A stretch of DNA of 64,000 bases from Alphaproteobacteria bacterium (GCA_031549385.1 JAVBPW010000006.1:1-64000), one strand, 5' to 3'; counted from the stretch's first letter, positions 49,321 through 59,901 are shown. Translations and numbers: made by a program. The notes: a model not told the origin generated them from the letters alone.

Positions 49321-51345
49321 TTATTTTCTTACCGGTGTTTTTGTAACTGGTGTCTTTGTTACCGGAGAAGTTTTTGTTGCTGTTGCTGGAGCTTTTGTTG
49401 CTGTCGCAGCTTTTGTTGGTGTTGCATTTTTACCAGACAAACCTGTTGTCTTTGAAACAGTTGTTGATACTGCTGGTGTTGCTGCTGTAGTTGAAGATAC
49501 TGCAGCTGTTTTATTACATGTTGTATCACATTTACTGTTTTCATTTGTTTGGTATAATGTAGCTTCTTTCCAATCTCCACTTACTTGTTGGCAAAGAATG
49601 TAACCTGTTTTACATGATTTTGGTACTTTGTATAAAATATCTCCTGCTTCTATATAATCCCAATTTGTTACTACAGATTGATTGCTTGAATTATATGGAA
49701 CTTTTTCTGTAAAACATTTATCTTGGTCTTTGCTGTTAGGATTTGCTTTCTTTCCACCTGAACATACACATTTTCCACCTGATAATACTTGACCTGCTCC
49801 GCAACCTTTTTTAACACATTTTGCATTTACTGTGCCTGCGTCTACTAAGTCATAGTCTTTATTTTCACATGATGTTGGGTAACATGTCTTTCCATCTGAT
49901 GTATTGTTTGTTGGACATGCTGCACATGTTGTTGCTGTACCTGTACCTGTTAGCTTTTGACCTACTGCACATTTTGTAGGGTAACATGTCTTTCCATCTG
50001 ATGTGTTATCTGCTGGACATGCTGCACATGTTGTTGATACACCTGTGCCTGTTAGTTTTTGACCTGCTGCACAAATTGTAGGGTAACATGTCTTTCCATC
50101 TGATGTATTGTTTGTTGGACATGATTCACATTTTGATAATGTGCCTGTGCCTGTTAGTTTTTGACCTACATTACATATTGTTGGATAACATGTTCTTCCA
50201 TCTGATGTATGATTTGCTGGACATGCACTGCATGTTGTTCCTGATAATTGTTGACCAATTGCACATGAATTTAATTCACAATTTGCTGTTGCAGTTCCTG
50301 CATTCTTTAATGTGTAATTTGTTGTACATGATGTTGGTACTCTTTTGAAACATGAGCCATTTAATATATCAGTTGAAGCTGATGAGTTTGCTGGAACAGT
50401 TGATGCACTTTCACCTGAACAATATGCTTTTGTTTCACATGATGATGAGCCTGATGTTGAACTGTATCCTGCTGAACATGATGTACATGTTGTGGAGCCT
50501 TCTGCTGAATATGAATTTTCTGGACATGCTACACATGCTGTACCTGATACACCTTGACCCCCTGGGCAACTTGTTGGTACTGGTACATAACATGATGATG
50601 CACCTGCTGCTGATACTTGGCCGGCTGGACATGCTGTACATGATGTTGAACCGTCTGCTGAATATGAATTAGCTGGACACGCTGTACATGATGTTCCTGA
50701 TACACCTTGACCGGCTGGACAGCTTGTTGGTGCTGCTGTATAACATGATGATGCGCCTGCTCCTGATGTTTGACCTTCTGGACATGCTGTACATGAAGCT
50801 GATCCGGCTGCTGAATAATATCCCGCTATACACGGAGCACATGATGAAGCTACACTTCCTGAATATGTTCCTGCTGGACAACTTGTACATGATGATGAGC
50901 CTGATGAGGATGCATATGTTCCTGCTCTACAAGCAGTACATGAGCTTGACCCAGCTGTTGAATAATATCCTGCTGAACATGATGTACATGATGATGAGCC
51001 TGATGATGATGTATATTTTCCTGCTGGACATGTTGTACAACTTTTATTTGCTGTTCCTGATGCATAAGATCCTGTTGGACATTTTACACAAGCATCTGGG
51101 GTTCCACTGTTTGGAGCATATGTTCCAGTTGGACAAGCTGTACAAGAACTTGCTCCAGATCCTGAATAATATCCTGGCGTACATTGTGTACATGATTTTG
51201 AATTTCCTCCAGCCCAAGTTCCTGCTGAACATGAAATACATCTTGTTCCTGTTTTATATTTTCCGGATGCACAACCTCCGATTAAAGCACCATATGATTG
51301 AGTGCTTATTAAAAGTGCTATTACTGCTATTAAATATTTTTTCAT
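49321..51345 (-). CDS. Secreted Cys-rich modular protein (paralog 3)
   Basis: Many CxxCPAGTYSxxGxSSC repeats (ephrin-receptor-like/TNFR-like); TSDG repeats; conserved C-terminal domain. Confidence 0.88.
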   Translation of the reverse strand: MKKYLIAVIALLISTQSYGALIGGCASGKYKTGTRCISCSAGTWAGGNSKSCTQCTPGYYSGSGASSCTACPTGTYAPNSGTPDACVKCPTGSYASGTANKSCTTCPAGKYTSSSGSSSCTSCSAGYYSTAGSSSCTACRAGTYASSSGSSSCTSCPAGTYSGSVASSCAPCIAGYYSAAGSASCTACPEGQTSGAGASSCYTAAPTSCPAGQGVSGTSCTACPANSYSADGSTSCTACPAGQVSAAGASSCYVPVPTSCPGGQGVSGTACVACPENSYSAEGSTTCTSCSAGYSSTSGSSSCETKAYCSGESASTVPANSSASTDILNGSCFKRVPTSCTTNYTLKNAGTATANCELNSCAIGQQLSGTTCSACPANHTSDGRTCYPTICNVGQKLTGTGTLSKCESCPTNNTSDGKTCYPTICAAGQKLTGTGVSTTCAACPADNTSDGKTCYPTKCAVGQKLTGTGTATTCAACPTNNTSDGKTCYPTSCENKDYDLVDAGTVNAKCVKKGCGAGQVLSGGKCVCSGGKKANPNSKDQDKCFTEKVPYNSSNQSVVTNWDYIEAGDILYKVPKSCKTGYILCQQVSGDWKEATLYQTNENSKCDTTCNKTAAVSSTTAATPAVSTTVSKTTGLSGKNATPTKAATATKAPATATKTSPVTKTPVTKTPVRK

Positions 51346-51362
51346 GATCTCTATTCCTTTTT

Positions 51363-53123
51363 TTATCTTCTGTTTGGTATTGCTTTTACAGGAGCTTTAG
51401 CTGGAGATGTTGTTGTTCCACCTCTTGTTGGAGCTGCTACTTTAGCTGATGAACTTGCTGCTGGAGCATTCTTTCCTGATAATCCTCTTGATACACCCAT
51501 TGTTGCTGCTGAACTTGTAGCTGGAGCTGATATTGTAGCTGTTGCTGTTGTCTTGTTACATGATGTATCACATTTACTATGTTCATTTGGAGTATAAATC
51601 TTAGCTTCTTTCCATTCACCACCTGATTGTTGGCAAAGGATATTTCCTGTTTTACATGATTTTGGTACTTTGTATAAAATATCACCTGCTTCAATATAAT
51701 CCCAAGATGTTACAATTGATTGGTTACTTGCATTATATGGAATTTTTTCTGTGAAACATTGATCTTGGTCTTTACTGTTTGGATTTGTTTTCTTTCCACT
51801 TGCACATACACATTTTCCACCTGATAATACTTGACCTGATGGACATCCTTTCTTTTCACACTTTGCATTTACTGTACCTGCGTTAACTAATTCATAATCA
51901 TTATTTTCACATTTTGATATATAACATGTTTTTCCATCTGATGTGTAGTTTGCTGGACATGCTTCACACTTTGCAGCTGTGCCTGTGCCTGTTAGTTTTT
52001 GACCCGCTGGACATGTTTTTGGATAACATTTTTTACCATCTGATGTTTGACCATCTGGACATGTTACACATTTTGTTGTTGTGCCTGAACCTGTTAGATA
52101 TTGTCCTACTTGACATGTTGTTGGATAACATGATGTTAATGATGTTGCACCTTTGGCTGATGTTGTTCCTGTTGGACATACTGTACATTGTGCAACTCCA
52201 CCAGCTGAATATGTTCCTTCAGTACATGCTGGACATGTTGTACCACTTTGATCAGGAGCTGTTCCTGGTCCACATTTTTGACATACATTTCCTACTGTAA
52301 TTTCACCTGCTTGGCATGTTACTTTATCTTGTTTGCAGTATGCTTCTTTTGTTCCACCATTTTGTAATGTAAAACCTGTTTTACATCCTGTTGGAATTGT
52401 TAAATAACAATCTGTTACTAAAATTTCTGATGAAGCTGATGCATTCACCGGCATTGCTGTAGAATTTCCTACACAATATGATTTAACACAAGTGGTGCCT
52501 TGTGCTGTTTGACCTGCTGGGCATTCAAATTTTTTACAAGTAGCATTTACTGTTGCTGAATTTTCAAGAGTATAACCATAATTACATGTTGTTGGTATTC
52601 TTCTGAAACATCTGTAATTACTGTCTAAAATTTCTGTTGCTGCACTTGAGTTTGTTGGAATTGAACCAGCAGTATGACCATCACAAAATACTTTTACATT
52701 ACATACTGATGAATTACCTGATAATGTTGCTGTATAACCTGGATAGTAAAATGAACATGATGAACAAGATGTTGAACCTTCATCAGAAAATGAACCTACT
52801 GAACATGTTGTACATGGCTCTTCACCATTTGTTCCATATGTTCCTGCTTTACATTTTGTTGCTGCTGCTACTCTTGATGCTGTTGACGATGCTGCTGCTC
52901 TTGTGCTTGATCTTGTTGTTGTTTCATCATCGTCTATTAAAGTTGGAGCGGATGATGAATATGATGAACCACTTGTTCTTGAAGAAGAAATTGTTGAAGA
53001 ACTTGTCCTTACTCTAACACCGGAGTCTTCTGCACCTAATGCTTCAACTTGTGGCTGAGCTAATAATGCAAATGAGTTAGTTGTTAAAAGTAGTGTTGTT
53101 ATTCCTATTATTATTTTCTTCAT
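51363..53123 (-). CDS. Secreted Cys-rich modular protein (paralog 2)
   Basis: Signal peptide; Ser/Thr-rich N-terminus; same modules as its neighbours. Confidence 0.88.
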   Translation of the reverse strand: MKKIIIGITTLLLTTNSFALLAQPQVEALGAEDSGVRVRTSSSTISSSRTSGSSYSSSAPTLIDDDETTTRSSTRAAASSTASRVAAATKCKAGTYGTNGEEPCTTCSVGSFSDEGSTSCSSCSFYYPGYTATLSGNSSVCNVKVFCDGHTAGSIPTNSSAATEILDSNYRCFRRIPTTCNYGYTLENSATVNATCKKFECPAGQTAQGTTCVKSYCVGNSTAMPVNASASSEILVTDCYLTIPTGCKTGFTLQNGGTKEAYCKQDKVTCQAGEITVGNVCQKCGPGTAPDQSGTTCPACTEGTYSAGGVAQCTVCPTGTTSAKGATSLTSCYPTTCQVGQYLTGSGTTTKCVTCPDGQTSDGKKCYPKTCPAGQKLTGTGTAAKCEACPANYTSDGKTCYISKCENNDYELVNAGTVNAKCEKKGCPSGQVLSGGKCVCASGKKTNPNSKDQDQCFTEKIPYNASNQSIVTSWDYIEAGDILYKVPKSCKTGNILCQQSGGEWKEAKIYTPNEHSKCDTSCNKTTATATISAPATSSAATMGVSRGLSGKNAPAASSSAKVAAPTRGGTTTSPAKAPVKAIPNRR

Positions 53124-53148
53124 TTTTTTATCCTCTTTGATTTAATCC

Positions 53149-55008
53149 TTATTTTCTATTTGGTATAGATTTTGTTGGTGTAGTTGTAGTTTTAACTGGT
53201 GTTACAGTCCCACCTCTTGTTGATGTTACTGGTTTTGCTGTTGCTGCTGCACCAGGTGATACTTTACCTGACATTCCTTTTGATGTGCTCATGCCTGTTG
53301 ATTGTACTGTAGATGGAGCTGAAATTGTAGCTGTAGCAGTAGTTTTATTACATGATGAATCACATTTACTGTGTTCGTTTGGTGAATATAAAGTAACTGC
53401 TTGCCATTCTCCATTTATCTGTTGGCATAAAACATTGTTTTGTTGACATGATTTTGGAACTTTATATAAAACATCACCTGCTTCAATATAATCCCAATCT
53501 TTTACAACTTTTGTATTACTTGCATTGTATGGTATTTTTTCTGTAAAACATTTATCATCTTTGCTGTTTGGATTAGATTTTTTTCCACCTGAACACACAC
53601 ATTTTCCACCTGATAATACTTGACCTGCTCCACATGTTTTCTTTTCACATTTTGCATTTATTGTTCCTGCATTAACTAATTCATAATCTTTATTATCACA
53701 TTTTGTTGGATAACATGTTACTCCGTCTGATGATTCATCTTTCTTACATGCTTCACATTTTGACGCAGTATCTTTACCTGTTAATTTTTGTCCTACATTA
53801 CATTTTGTTGGATAACATGTTTTTCCATCTGATGTTTGATTAGCAGCACATTTTTCACATTTTGTATTTGAACCTGCACCTGTTAACTTTTCACCAACTG
53901 AACAATTTTTTGCATAACACGTTTTTCCATCTGATGTTTGACCATCTGGACATGTTTCACATTTTGCTGATATACCTGTTCCTGTTAATTTTTGACCTAC
54001 TGCACATTTTGTTGGATAACATGTTGTACCATCCGATGAATATCCATCTGGGCAATTTTCACATTTTGTTCCTACTAATTTTTGACCTTGGCCACATGTA
54101 GGTTTTATACATCCTGTTTTTGTACCATCTGAAATATATCCTGCTGGACAAGCTTCACATTTTGCAGCTCTTGGTGTTGAGTAAGAACCATCTGGACATT
54201 CTGAACATACTGAAACTGTTCCACCTGCAGAATATGTTCCACCTTGACATTCTTGACATGACCCATTTACTAAAATTCTTCCTGCTTCACAACTTGTTGC
54301 TGCTGTAGATACACATTCTGTATATTGACCTGTTCCTTGTATTTTGTAACCTTGCACACATGCTGTTGGGATTTTTGCAAAACATCTTCCTGCTAATATT
54401 TCTGTCATAGATGTAGCGTTTTGTGGAATTGAATATTCTGAACTTCCTTGGCAATACAATTTTATATTACATGATGAAGCATTACCACCGCCTGATGATG
54501 TAAATCCTGGGTATGATGTTTGACAGTCTACACAGACACTTGCTCCATCTTCTGAAAATGACCCTGATGGACATGGAGAACATGGAGTTCTTCCACCATC
54601 ACCATATGTTCCTGCTGAACATTTTGCTAAATTTACTGAATTTGACATTGTAGAAACAGCTGCAAAAACTTTAGCATTTAATATGCTTAATGAACAAGAT
54701 GAAGCACCAACACTTGATATTTTACCTGATGGACAATCTATACATTTTGTTCCCTTTTCTGCTGGTTGATATGTTCCTTCTGGACATACTTGACATCCAC
54801 CCTTGTCAGGTGCTGGAATTTTTCCTGGTCCACAAGGTTTACAATCATTTGGACTTTTTGATCCTCTCTCAGAATAAGTTCCAATTGGGCAAGGATCACA
54901 AAAAGCGTTAAATAGACCATCTGAATATTGACCTGCTGGACATATTTTGGCTTGTGCAAATCCTGTTGATAAAATTGATAATAATGCTACTAAGAATAAT
55001 TTTTTCAT
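53149..55008 (-). CDS. Secreted Cys-rich modular protein (paralog 1)
   Basis: Signal peptide ending AQA; CPAGQYS repeats; conserved C-terminal domain. Confidence 0.88.
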   Translation of the reverse strand: MKKLFLVALLSILSTGFAQAKICPAGQYSDGLFNAFCDPCPIGTYSERGSKSPNDCKPCGPGKIPAPDKGGCQVCPEGTYQPAEKGTKCIDCPSGKISSVGASSCSLSILNAKVFAAVSTMSNSVNLAKCSAGTYGDGGRTPCSPCPSGSFSEDGASVCVDCQTSYPGFTSSGGGNASSCNIKLYCQGSSEYSIPQNATSMTEILAGRCFAKIPTACVQGYKIQGTGQYTECVSTAATSCEAGRILVNGSCQECQGGTYSAGGTVSVCSECPDGSYSTPRAAKCEACPAGYISDGTKTGCIKPTCGQGQKLVGTKCENCPDGYSSDGTTCYPTKCAVGQKLTGTGISAKCETCPDGQTSDGKTCYAKNCSVGEKLTGAGSNTKCEKCAANQTSDGKTCYPTKCNVGQKLTGKDTASKCEACKKDESSDGVTCYPTKCDNKDYELVNAGTINAKCEKKTCGAGQVLSGGKCVCSGGKKSNPNSKDDKCFTEKIPYNASNTKVVKDWDYIEAGDVLYKVPKSCQQNNVLCQQINGEWQAVTLYSPNEHSKCDSSCNKTTATATISAPSTVQSTGMSTSKGMSGKVSPGAAATAKPVTSTRGGTVTPVKTTTTPTKSIPNRK

Positions 55009-55011
55009 GTT

Positions 55012-55938
55012 TTATGCCTTTTTGTAATTATTTATGTTTTCGTATGTACCTATATTTTGAGATGGGATATCTGGAGCTATTCTTTTTAAGAGTCCACATA
55101 ATACTTCTCCACATCCAATTTCGTATGCTTGTTTTACACCTGATTTCGCAAGTGTCATTCCATTTTCACGGAAACGAACTGATGCTGTTATTTGCTTTAA
55201 TAATAATGATTTGATTTTTTCACCATCTGTTTCAAATTCATTTGTATTGTTTGATATGAATTTGTAAATTGGTTTTGCAAATTTTATGTCTTTCATGAAT
55301 TCTGTTAATTCTTCTTGTGCAGGTTTCATTAATGATGAATGCACTGCTACTGATACTGGTAACATTAGTGCTCTTTTTGCACCCATAGATTTTGCTATAC
55401 CTTCTGCGGCTTCTAAATTTTTTTTGTTTCCACTTATTACAACTTGACCATCACAATTATCATTTGCTAGTTCACATACACCACCTATTTTTGATGCTTC
55501 TTTGCAAACTTCTTTTACTTGATCAACTGTTAATCCGAGAATCGCCATAACACCACCATCTTTGGCAGATGTTGACATATATAATCCTCTTTTTTGTAAT
55601 ATGCGCGCTGTGTCTTTTAAGCTGATAGATTTTGCTGCACATAATGCAGAAAATTCTCCGAGAGAATGACCAACTACATAATCAGTTAGTGGCTCACCAA
55701 ATTTTTCTTCGAGGACTGCTATTGTTGCAACAGAATGCGCCATGAGAGCGGGTTGCACGTTTTGTGTTAATGTTAATTCAGCTATATCACCTTCGAACAT
55801 TAACTTTGATAATTTGAAATTTAGTGAATCATCTACTGTGTCAAAAACTTCTTTTGCAGATTTAAAATTTTCATATAAATCTTTTCCCATACCGATCTTT
55901 TGAGATCCTTGTCCAGGGAACATAAATAATGTTGTCAT
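55012..55938 (-). CDS. fabD: Malonyl-CoA:ACP transacylase
   Basis: FPGQGSQ, QPAL, GHSLGE and VSVAVHS motifs. Confidence 0.96.
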   Translation of the reverse strand: MTTLFMFPGQGSQKIGMGKDLYENFKSAKEVFDTVDDSLNFKLSKLMFEGDIAELTLTQNVQPALMAHSVATIAVLEEKFGEPLTDYVVGHSLGEFSALCAAKSISLKDTARILQKRGLYMSTSAKDGGVMAILGLTVDQVKEVCKEASKIGGVCELANDNCDGQVVISGNKKNLEAAEGIAKSMGAKRALMLPVSVAVHSSLMKPAQEELTEFMKDIKFAKPIYKFISNNTNEFETDGEKIKSLLLKQITASVRFRENGMTLAKSGVKQAYEIGCGEVLCGLLKRIAPDIPSQNIGTYENINNYKKA

Positions 55939-56078
55939 AAATTCTCCTCTGAGTTTTTTATAGCATACAGGGCATTTTTTTGCAAGAATAAATTTGAATC
56001 TTATCCCATATGGTTTTTTTCTTATTTTAATTTTTGTTTTTATGTACTATATTAAATGTAAATTCAAAGGAGGCAAAA

Positions 56079-56648
56079 ATGTTTGAGGTAAAAAAATTAG
56101 GGTTTGATTATATTATTTTTGATGGAATTATTTCAAAGGAAACTTTTGAGTTTCATCATGATAAACACTATAGTGCTTATGTTAATAAATTAAATGATTT
56201 AATTAAGGGTAATGAGTTCGAAAATTTATCTTTAACTGATATCGTTAAAAAGAGCTATAATAAGAATAATCCTGTGTTTAATAATGCTGGGCAAGTTTAT
56301 AATCACGAGTTCTATTTTGATGGTTTGAAAAAAGATTCAAAAATGTCTGACAAATTCTTAAAAAGAATTAATGAAAATTTTGGCTCATATGAAAAATTTG
56401 CAGAAGAATTTATTAATACTGGTGTTGGCACTTTTGGTAGCGGCTGGGTTTGGCTTTGCGAAGATAAGGACGGAAAACTTAAAATTGTTTCTACATCAAA
56501 TGCAGTGCCTTGCTGGATTCTTGGTGACTATAAGCCTTTAATGGTAGTGGATGTTTGGGAACATGCCTATTATATAGATTATAGAAATGATAGAAAAAAT
56601 CATATTACTAATATATTAAGCATTATTGATTGGGATAAACTTGGATAA
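56079..56648 (+). CDS. sodB: Fe/Mn superoxide dismutase
   Basis: HHDKH, FNNAGQVYNH, FGSGW and DVWEHAYY; start at ATG 56079 after AAGGAGG. Confidence 0.95.
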   Translation: MFEVKKLGFDYIIFDGIISKETFEFHHDKHYSAYVNKLNDLIKGNEFENLSLTDIVKKSYNKNNPVFNNAGQVYNHEFYFDGLKKDSKMSDKFLKRINENFGSYEKFAEEFINTGVGTFGSGWVWLCEDKDGKLKIVSTSNAVPCWILGDYKPLMVVDVWEHAYYIDYRNDRKNHITNILSIIDWDKLG

Positions 56649-56691
56649 AATTTTATTTGATTTTTATTCTTAATGTCTTATATTTAAGGTT

Positions 56692-57255
56692 ATGGAAAAT
56701 ATTTTAATTATTGATGCATGTTATAGCCCTGTTCGTCTTTGTTTATATCAAAAAGATGAAAAGAAAAATATGCATAAATTAAAGTCTGTTTTTGTTACTG
56801 AAAATAATGCTATTAATGAGAAACTTTTTGTATCACTTACCGACCTTTTAAACGAAGCTTCAATCGATAAAAATGAAATCACTAATTTAGTTGCAATTGT
56901 TGGACCTGGTTCTTTTACTGGAATTAGAATTGCTATTGCTTTTATTAAAGGATTACAATTCGGTTTAAAAGTTGATACTATTGGAATTTCTTCTTTTGAT
57001 AAGTATCCTGATGATGGAGCAGTTGTTTTAAATTGTGATAACGAAACTGTTTACTTAAAAGTTGGCAATAAGGTCTATGAAAAACCTGTTGATAATGAGA
57101 AAGTTTCTAACATTATTAAAAATGAAAAAAAGATTTATAAAAATGAATATAGCGATGATGATTTCTTGATGAAAAAAATTGATAAATGTTTTGAAAGTCC
57201 TGAAAAATATCCTCTTAATCCTATTTATATAAAAGGTCATTATGCAGAAAAATAA
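56692..57255 (+). CDS. tsaB: tRNA threonylcarbamoyladenosine biosynthesis protein TsaB
   Basis: GPGSFTGIRI motif and C-terminal PIY; adjacent to rimI. Confidence 0.88.
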   Translation: MENILIIDACYSPVRLCLYQKDEKKNMHKLKSVFVTENNAINEKLFVSLTDLLNEASIDKNEITNLVAIVGPGSFTGIRIAIAFIKGLQFGLKVDTIGISSFDKYPDDGAVVLNCDNETVYLKVGNKVYEKPVDNEKVSNIIKNEKKIYKNEYSDDDFLMKKIDKCFESPEKYPLNPIYIKGHYAEK

Positions 57256-57676
57256 ACATATTTTTTTAGCTGAAAAAAGTGATATTGATTCTATATTAAA
57301 TCTATATAATAAAACTTTTCACCCTTGGTCACGTGAACAAATGATGGAACTGTTTGAATATGGCGCTAAAGCATTTATCTATGTTAAAGATGAAAAACTT
57401 CTTGGATTTTTGATTTTTAAAACTGTTTTTAATGAAACAGAAATTATTTCTTTAACTGTAGATGAAAATGTGCGACAAACTGGAATTGCTAGCGAGCTTT
57501 TGAGCTATCTTTTTGAAACACTTTCAACACCTCATTATGTTTTTTTGGAAGTTAGAGTTTCTAATACTCCTGCTATTAAATTTTATGAAAAGTTTGGCAT
57601 GAGCCAAATCAATGTCAGAAAGGATTATTATACTAATCCTATTGAAGACGCCCTTATTTATAGAAAAAATTTATAA
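57242..57676 (+). CDS. rimI: Ribosomal-protein-alanine N-acetyltransferase
   Basis: RQTGIA, LEVRVSN..AIKFYEKFG and RKDYY..EDA motifs. Confidence 0.92.
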   Translation: MQKNKHIFLAEKSDIDSILNLYNKTFHPWSREQMMELFEYGAKAFIYVKDEKLLGFLIFKTVFNETEIISLTVDENVRQTGIASELLSYLFETLSTPHYVFLEVRVSNTPAIKFYEKFGMSQINVRKDYYTNPIEDALIYRKNL

Positions 57677-57692
57677 TAAAAAAACAGGAGTT

Positions 57693-58058
57693 TTAAAACC
57701 CCTGTGAACTGTTTAAATACGGTAAAATTTTTTCAACTACCTCTTCTTGATAAGTTGTTCCCAATGACGGAAACTTTGCAACAAAGTAATCCCACCGGAT
57801 TAATTGAATTGGTCGTACCAAGACTTGCTTTTCATCCTGCTTGATGGAAATTGAAAGATATTGGCAACAGCAAGAAAAAAACTTTTTTTCTTCATCTTTG
57901 TCTATAACTTTAACACTATGACCTGTCATAATCTTAAAGATTTCACTATCCTTGCCATCAAGAACGTGAAAATTAACCATGTTGTGGCGTTCTAAAAAAT
58001 CAAGAACGTCTTTAAGGTCAAAGAACTTTCCCTTTGAGCTAATGCAAAATGTTTTCAT
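57693..58058 (-). CDS. Orphan, TG-motif family (SD-less class)
   Basis: TTGACA-N16-TAGACT; AAACTTAAA at 58069-58077; EIFKIMTG. Confidence 0.78.
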   Translation of the reverse strand: MKTFCISSKGKFFDLKDVLDFLERHNMVNFHVLDGKDSEIFKIMTGHSVKVIDKDEEKKFFSCCCQYLSISIKQDEKQVLVRPIQLIRWDYFVAKFPSLGTTYQEEVVEKILPYLNSSQGF

Positions 58059-58136
58059 ATATTGGATTTTTAAGTTTATTTTTGAATTTTTATTAGTCTA
58101 TCTGATTTTTTGAAATTGTCAAAATAAAAAAGGGGG

Positions 58137-58298
58137 TTAATACCCCCATTGTTTTCGTTGATCAGCTTTAGCCATTATTTCCTCTTTAGTTGGAGGGATT
58201 ATCTTTTGTCCTTTTGGAACAAAAAAACTGCAAGCACCAACAGTGCACCAATTTCCATCTTCTTTTGGCTTGGAAGCCTTCTTTTGTTGTGTGTTCAT
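58137..58298 (-). CDS. 53-aa orphan (SD-less class); not in the ORF track
   Basis: MNTQQKKASKPKEDGNWCTVGACSFFVPKGQKIIPPTKEEIMAKADQRKQWGY*; TTGACA-N16-TAATAT; stop inside the hairpin GGGGG-TATTAA-CCCCC. Confidence 0.65.
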   Translation of the reverse strand: MNTQQKKASKPKEDGNWCTVGACSFFVPKGQKIIPPTKEEIMAKADQRKQWGY

Positions 58299-58372
58299 AT
58301 TTGTTTATTTGATTATTTATAGAGTTTTGATATTAACAACTTGATTATAATTGTCAATAAAAAATGTGCGGG

Positions 58373-58678
58373 TCAATTCCCGCACAATTCTTGAGGTTGA
58401 GAAAAGTAAACTTTTCCTACCTCCTTGTGTGTTAATGAGTAAAGGAGCTCGGGGTTTATTGCCCCAAATTTGAAGTTTAGATAACCTTGACAGAAACCTA
58501 TCATTCTGCAAAAAGTGTCCATAGCTTTTTCTTCATTTTCATCTGAAGTTGTTGGATGATCTGTTAGAAACTCTACCATGTCTTCCAAAAAGGCTATTTG
58601 TTCTTCTTGTAGGATATCTTCCCAAAGGAGTTTTAACTCCTGACCCGAATAATTTCGGACTTCACTGCTTATACTCAT
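58373..58678 (-). CDS. Orphan (SD-less class)
   Basis: Perfect TTGACA-N17-TATAAT at 58709-58737; stop inside the hairpin TGTGCGGG..CCCGCACA. Confidence 0.78.
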   Translation of the reverse strand: MSISSEVRNYSGQELKLLWEDILQEEQIAFLEDMVEFLTDHPTTSDENEEKAMDTFCRMIGFCQGYLNFKFGAINPELLYSLTHKEVGKVYFSQPQELCGN

Positions 58679-58761
58679 TTTATTTAATTTTTAATAAAAC
58701 ATGAGTGTATTATAGGATATTTTTCTTTATTTGTCAAGCTTTTATAAAATAAAAACGGGGA

Positions 58762-59271
58762 TTACTCCCCGTATATTGCTTCTTCAAGCTGATTTAAGTA
58801 CACCTCCTCACCTTTACTGAACAAATCAAACTTTCTTAAATCATTCATTGTTTCAGATAAAGATACTTGAGAATAAATTTCAGCTATTTGCTCACAAATT
58901 AATGATAATTCCGCATTGTACATGTCAGGAACACCATTGTGAGCCATAGATCTCAGCCTACCCAGCGCCCAATCAAGCTGTAAGGGCATTATGAGATAAC
59001 TCTCATCTTGGTCGATATCAATTAACCTCATGCCTTTTTTAAAGGTACAGGTTTTTTCCAAGTCAGAGTACAGGCTTTTTAGCTTATTGCCACAATCTTT
59101 GTGTAACAATTTAAAATTTGCTGCTAATTCTTCTGAAGTCGCACCAGTCAAAATTTGAATTGCCTCTGTAATAGAAGGCTCATTTTCAAACTTTTTGTAG
59201 AAAAACCCCAATAATTGTCTGGGACTGAAATGCTTTGAAGGCTTGCCGATTTTATAGGTTACTTTACTCAT
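58762..59271 (-). CDS. Orphan, TG-motif family (SD-less class); start reassigned to MSKVTYK at 59271
   Basis: TTGACA-N16-TAGAGT at 59300-59327; AAACCTAAA leader; EAIQILTG. Confidence 0.78.
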   Translation of the reverse strand: MSKVTYKIGKPSKHFSPRQLLGFFYKKFENEPSITEAIQILTGATSEELAANFKLLHKDCGNKLKSLYSDLEKTCTFKKGMRLIDIDQDESYLIMPLQLDWALGRLRSMAHNGVPDMYNAELSLICEQIAEIYSQVSLSETMNDLRKFDLFSKGEEVYLNQLEEAIYGE

Positions 59272-59351
59272 AACTATAATTTTTAGGTTTGTAAGCTTCA
59301 CTCTAATTATATAGGGTGAATTGTCAATTAGAAAAAAAGAAAACGGAAGAT

Positions 59352-59795
59352 TTATTCTCCCGTTTCTTTGAATTGTACAAATTGGTCTATTTCCTTTGAA
59401 GCATAATGACTTCCTTGAATCTTTTTCTTTGTGTTGAAAAAATTGTAAACCAACTCTTCCCTTTCTTGGAAAGATTTGTTCCAAGATGTGTTTGCTCTTT
59501 CATATTCAAATATAAGAATTGGAGGAATAGAATAATTTACACCACCTCTGGCTTTTGGAACATGTTGCTGGCGAAAATAACCATTTTTCATTGATATATA
59601 ATTGCAACACAATTCATAAAGCTCATCTGCTCTTTTTTCAGGTAGAAGGAAAAAATCCTGACCTGTCATGATTTCAAATATTTCAGAAAAACGTTCACAG
59701 TCTTTTTTGTTTTTTGGAACACCCTTTAGAAACATTTTTAATTCCGTTTCATGAAACCAAGCTGACTCTTTTGTTATTCGTAATGGTTTATCCAT
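59352..59795 (-). CDS. Orphan, TG-motif family (SD-less class)
   Basis: TTGACA-N16-TAGACT at 59820-59847; AAACTTAAA leader; EIFEIMTG. Confidence 0.78.
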   Translation of the reverse strand: MDKPLRITKESAWFHETELKMFLKGVPKNKKDCERFSEIFEIMTGQDFFLLPEKRADELYELCCNYISMKNGYFRQQHVPKARGGVNYSIPPILIFEYERANTSWNKSFQEREELVYNFFNTKKKIQGSHYASKEIDQFVQFKETGE

Positions 59796-59901
59796 ATATT
59801 TATTTTTAAGTTTAAATTCAGTCTATACACCTTAACCACATTGTCAATGATTAAAAAAACGGAAGTATTCTTCCGTTTTACATTTGTCGCATAAGTCCAT
59901 T

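Noticed and set aside
47516-55008. CRISPR array or DGR template/variable repeats
   Set aside because: Repeats are in-frame coding modules with no unique spacers, no adenine-specific mismatch pattern noticed, and no cas or reverse transcriptase gene in the window.
14711-55214. Many short alternative-frame and antisense ORFs over long genes (e.g. 50688..51347 +, 29565..29978 +, 33611..34039 +)
   Set aside because: Shadow ORFs produced by biased codon usage (TGT/ACA/TCA repeats); no RBS or motifs.
59272-59484. N-terminal extension of ORF 58762..59484
   Set aside because: It overlaps the upstream gene, its terminator and the promoter at 59300-59327; the real start is most likely 59271.
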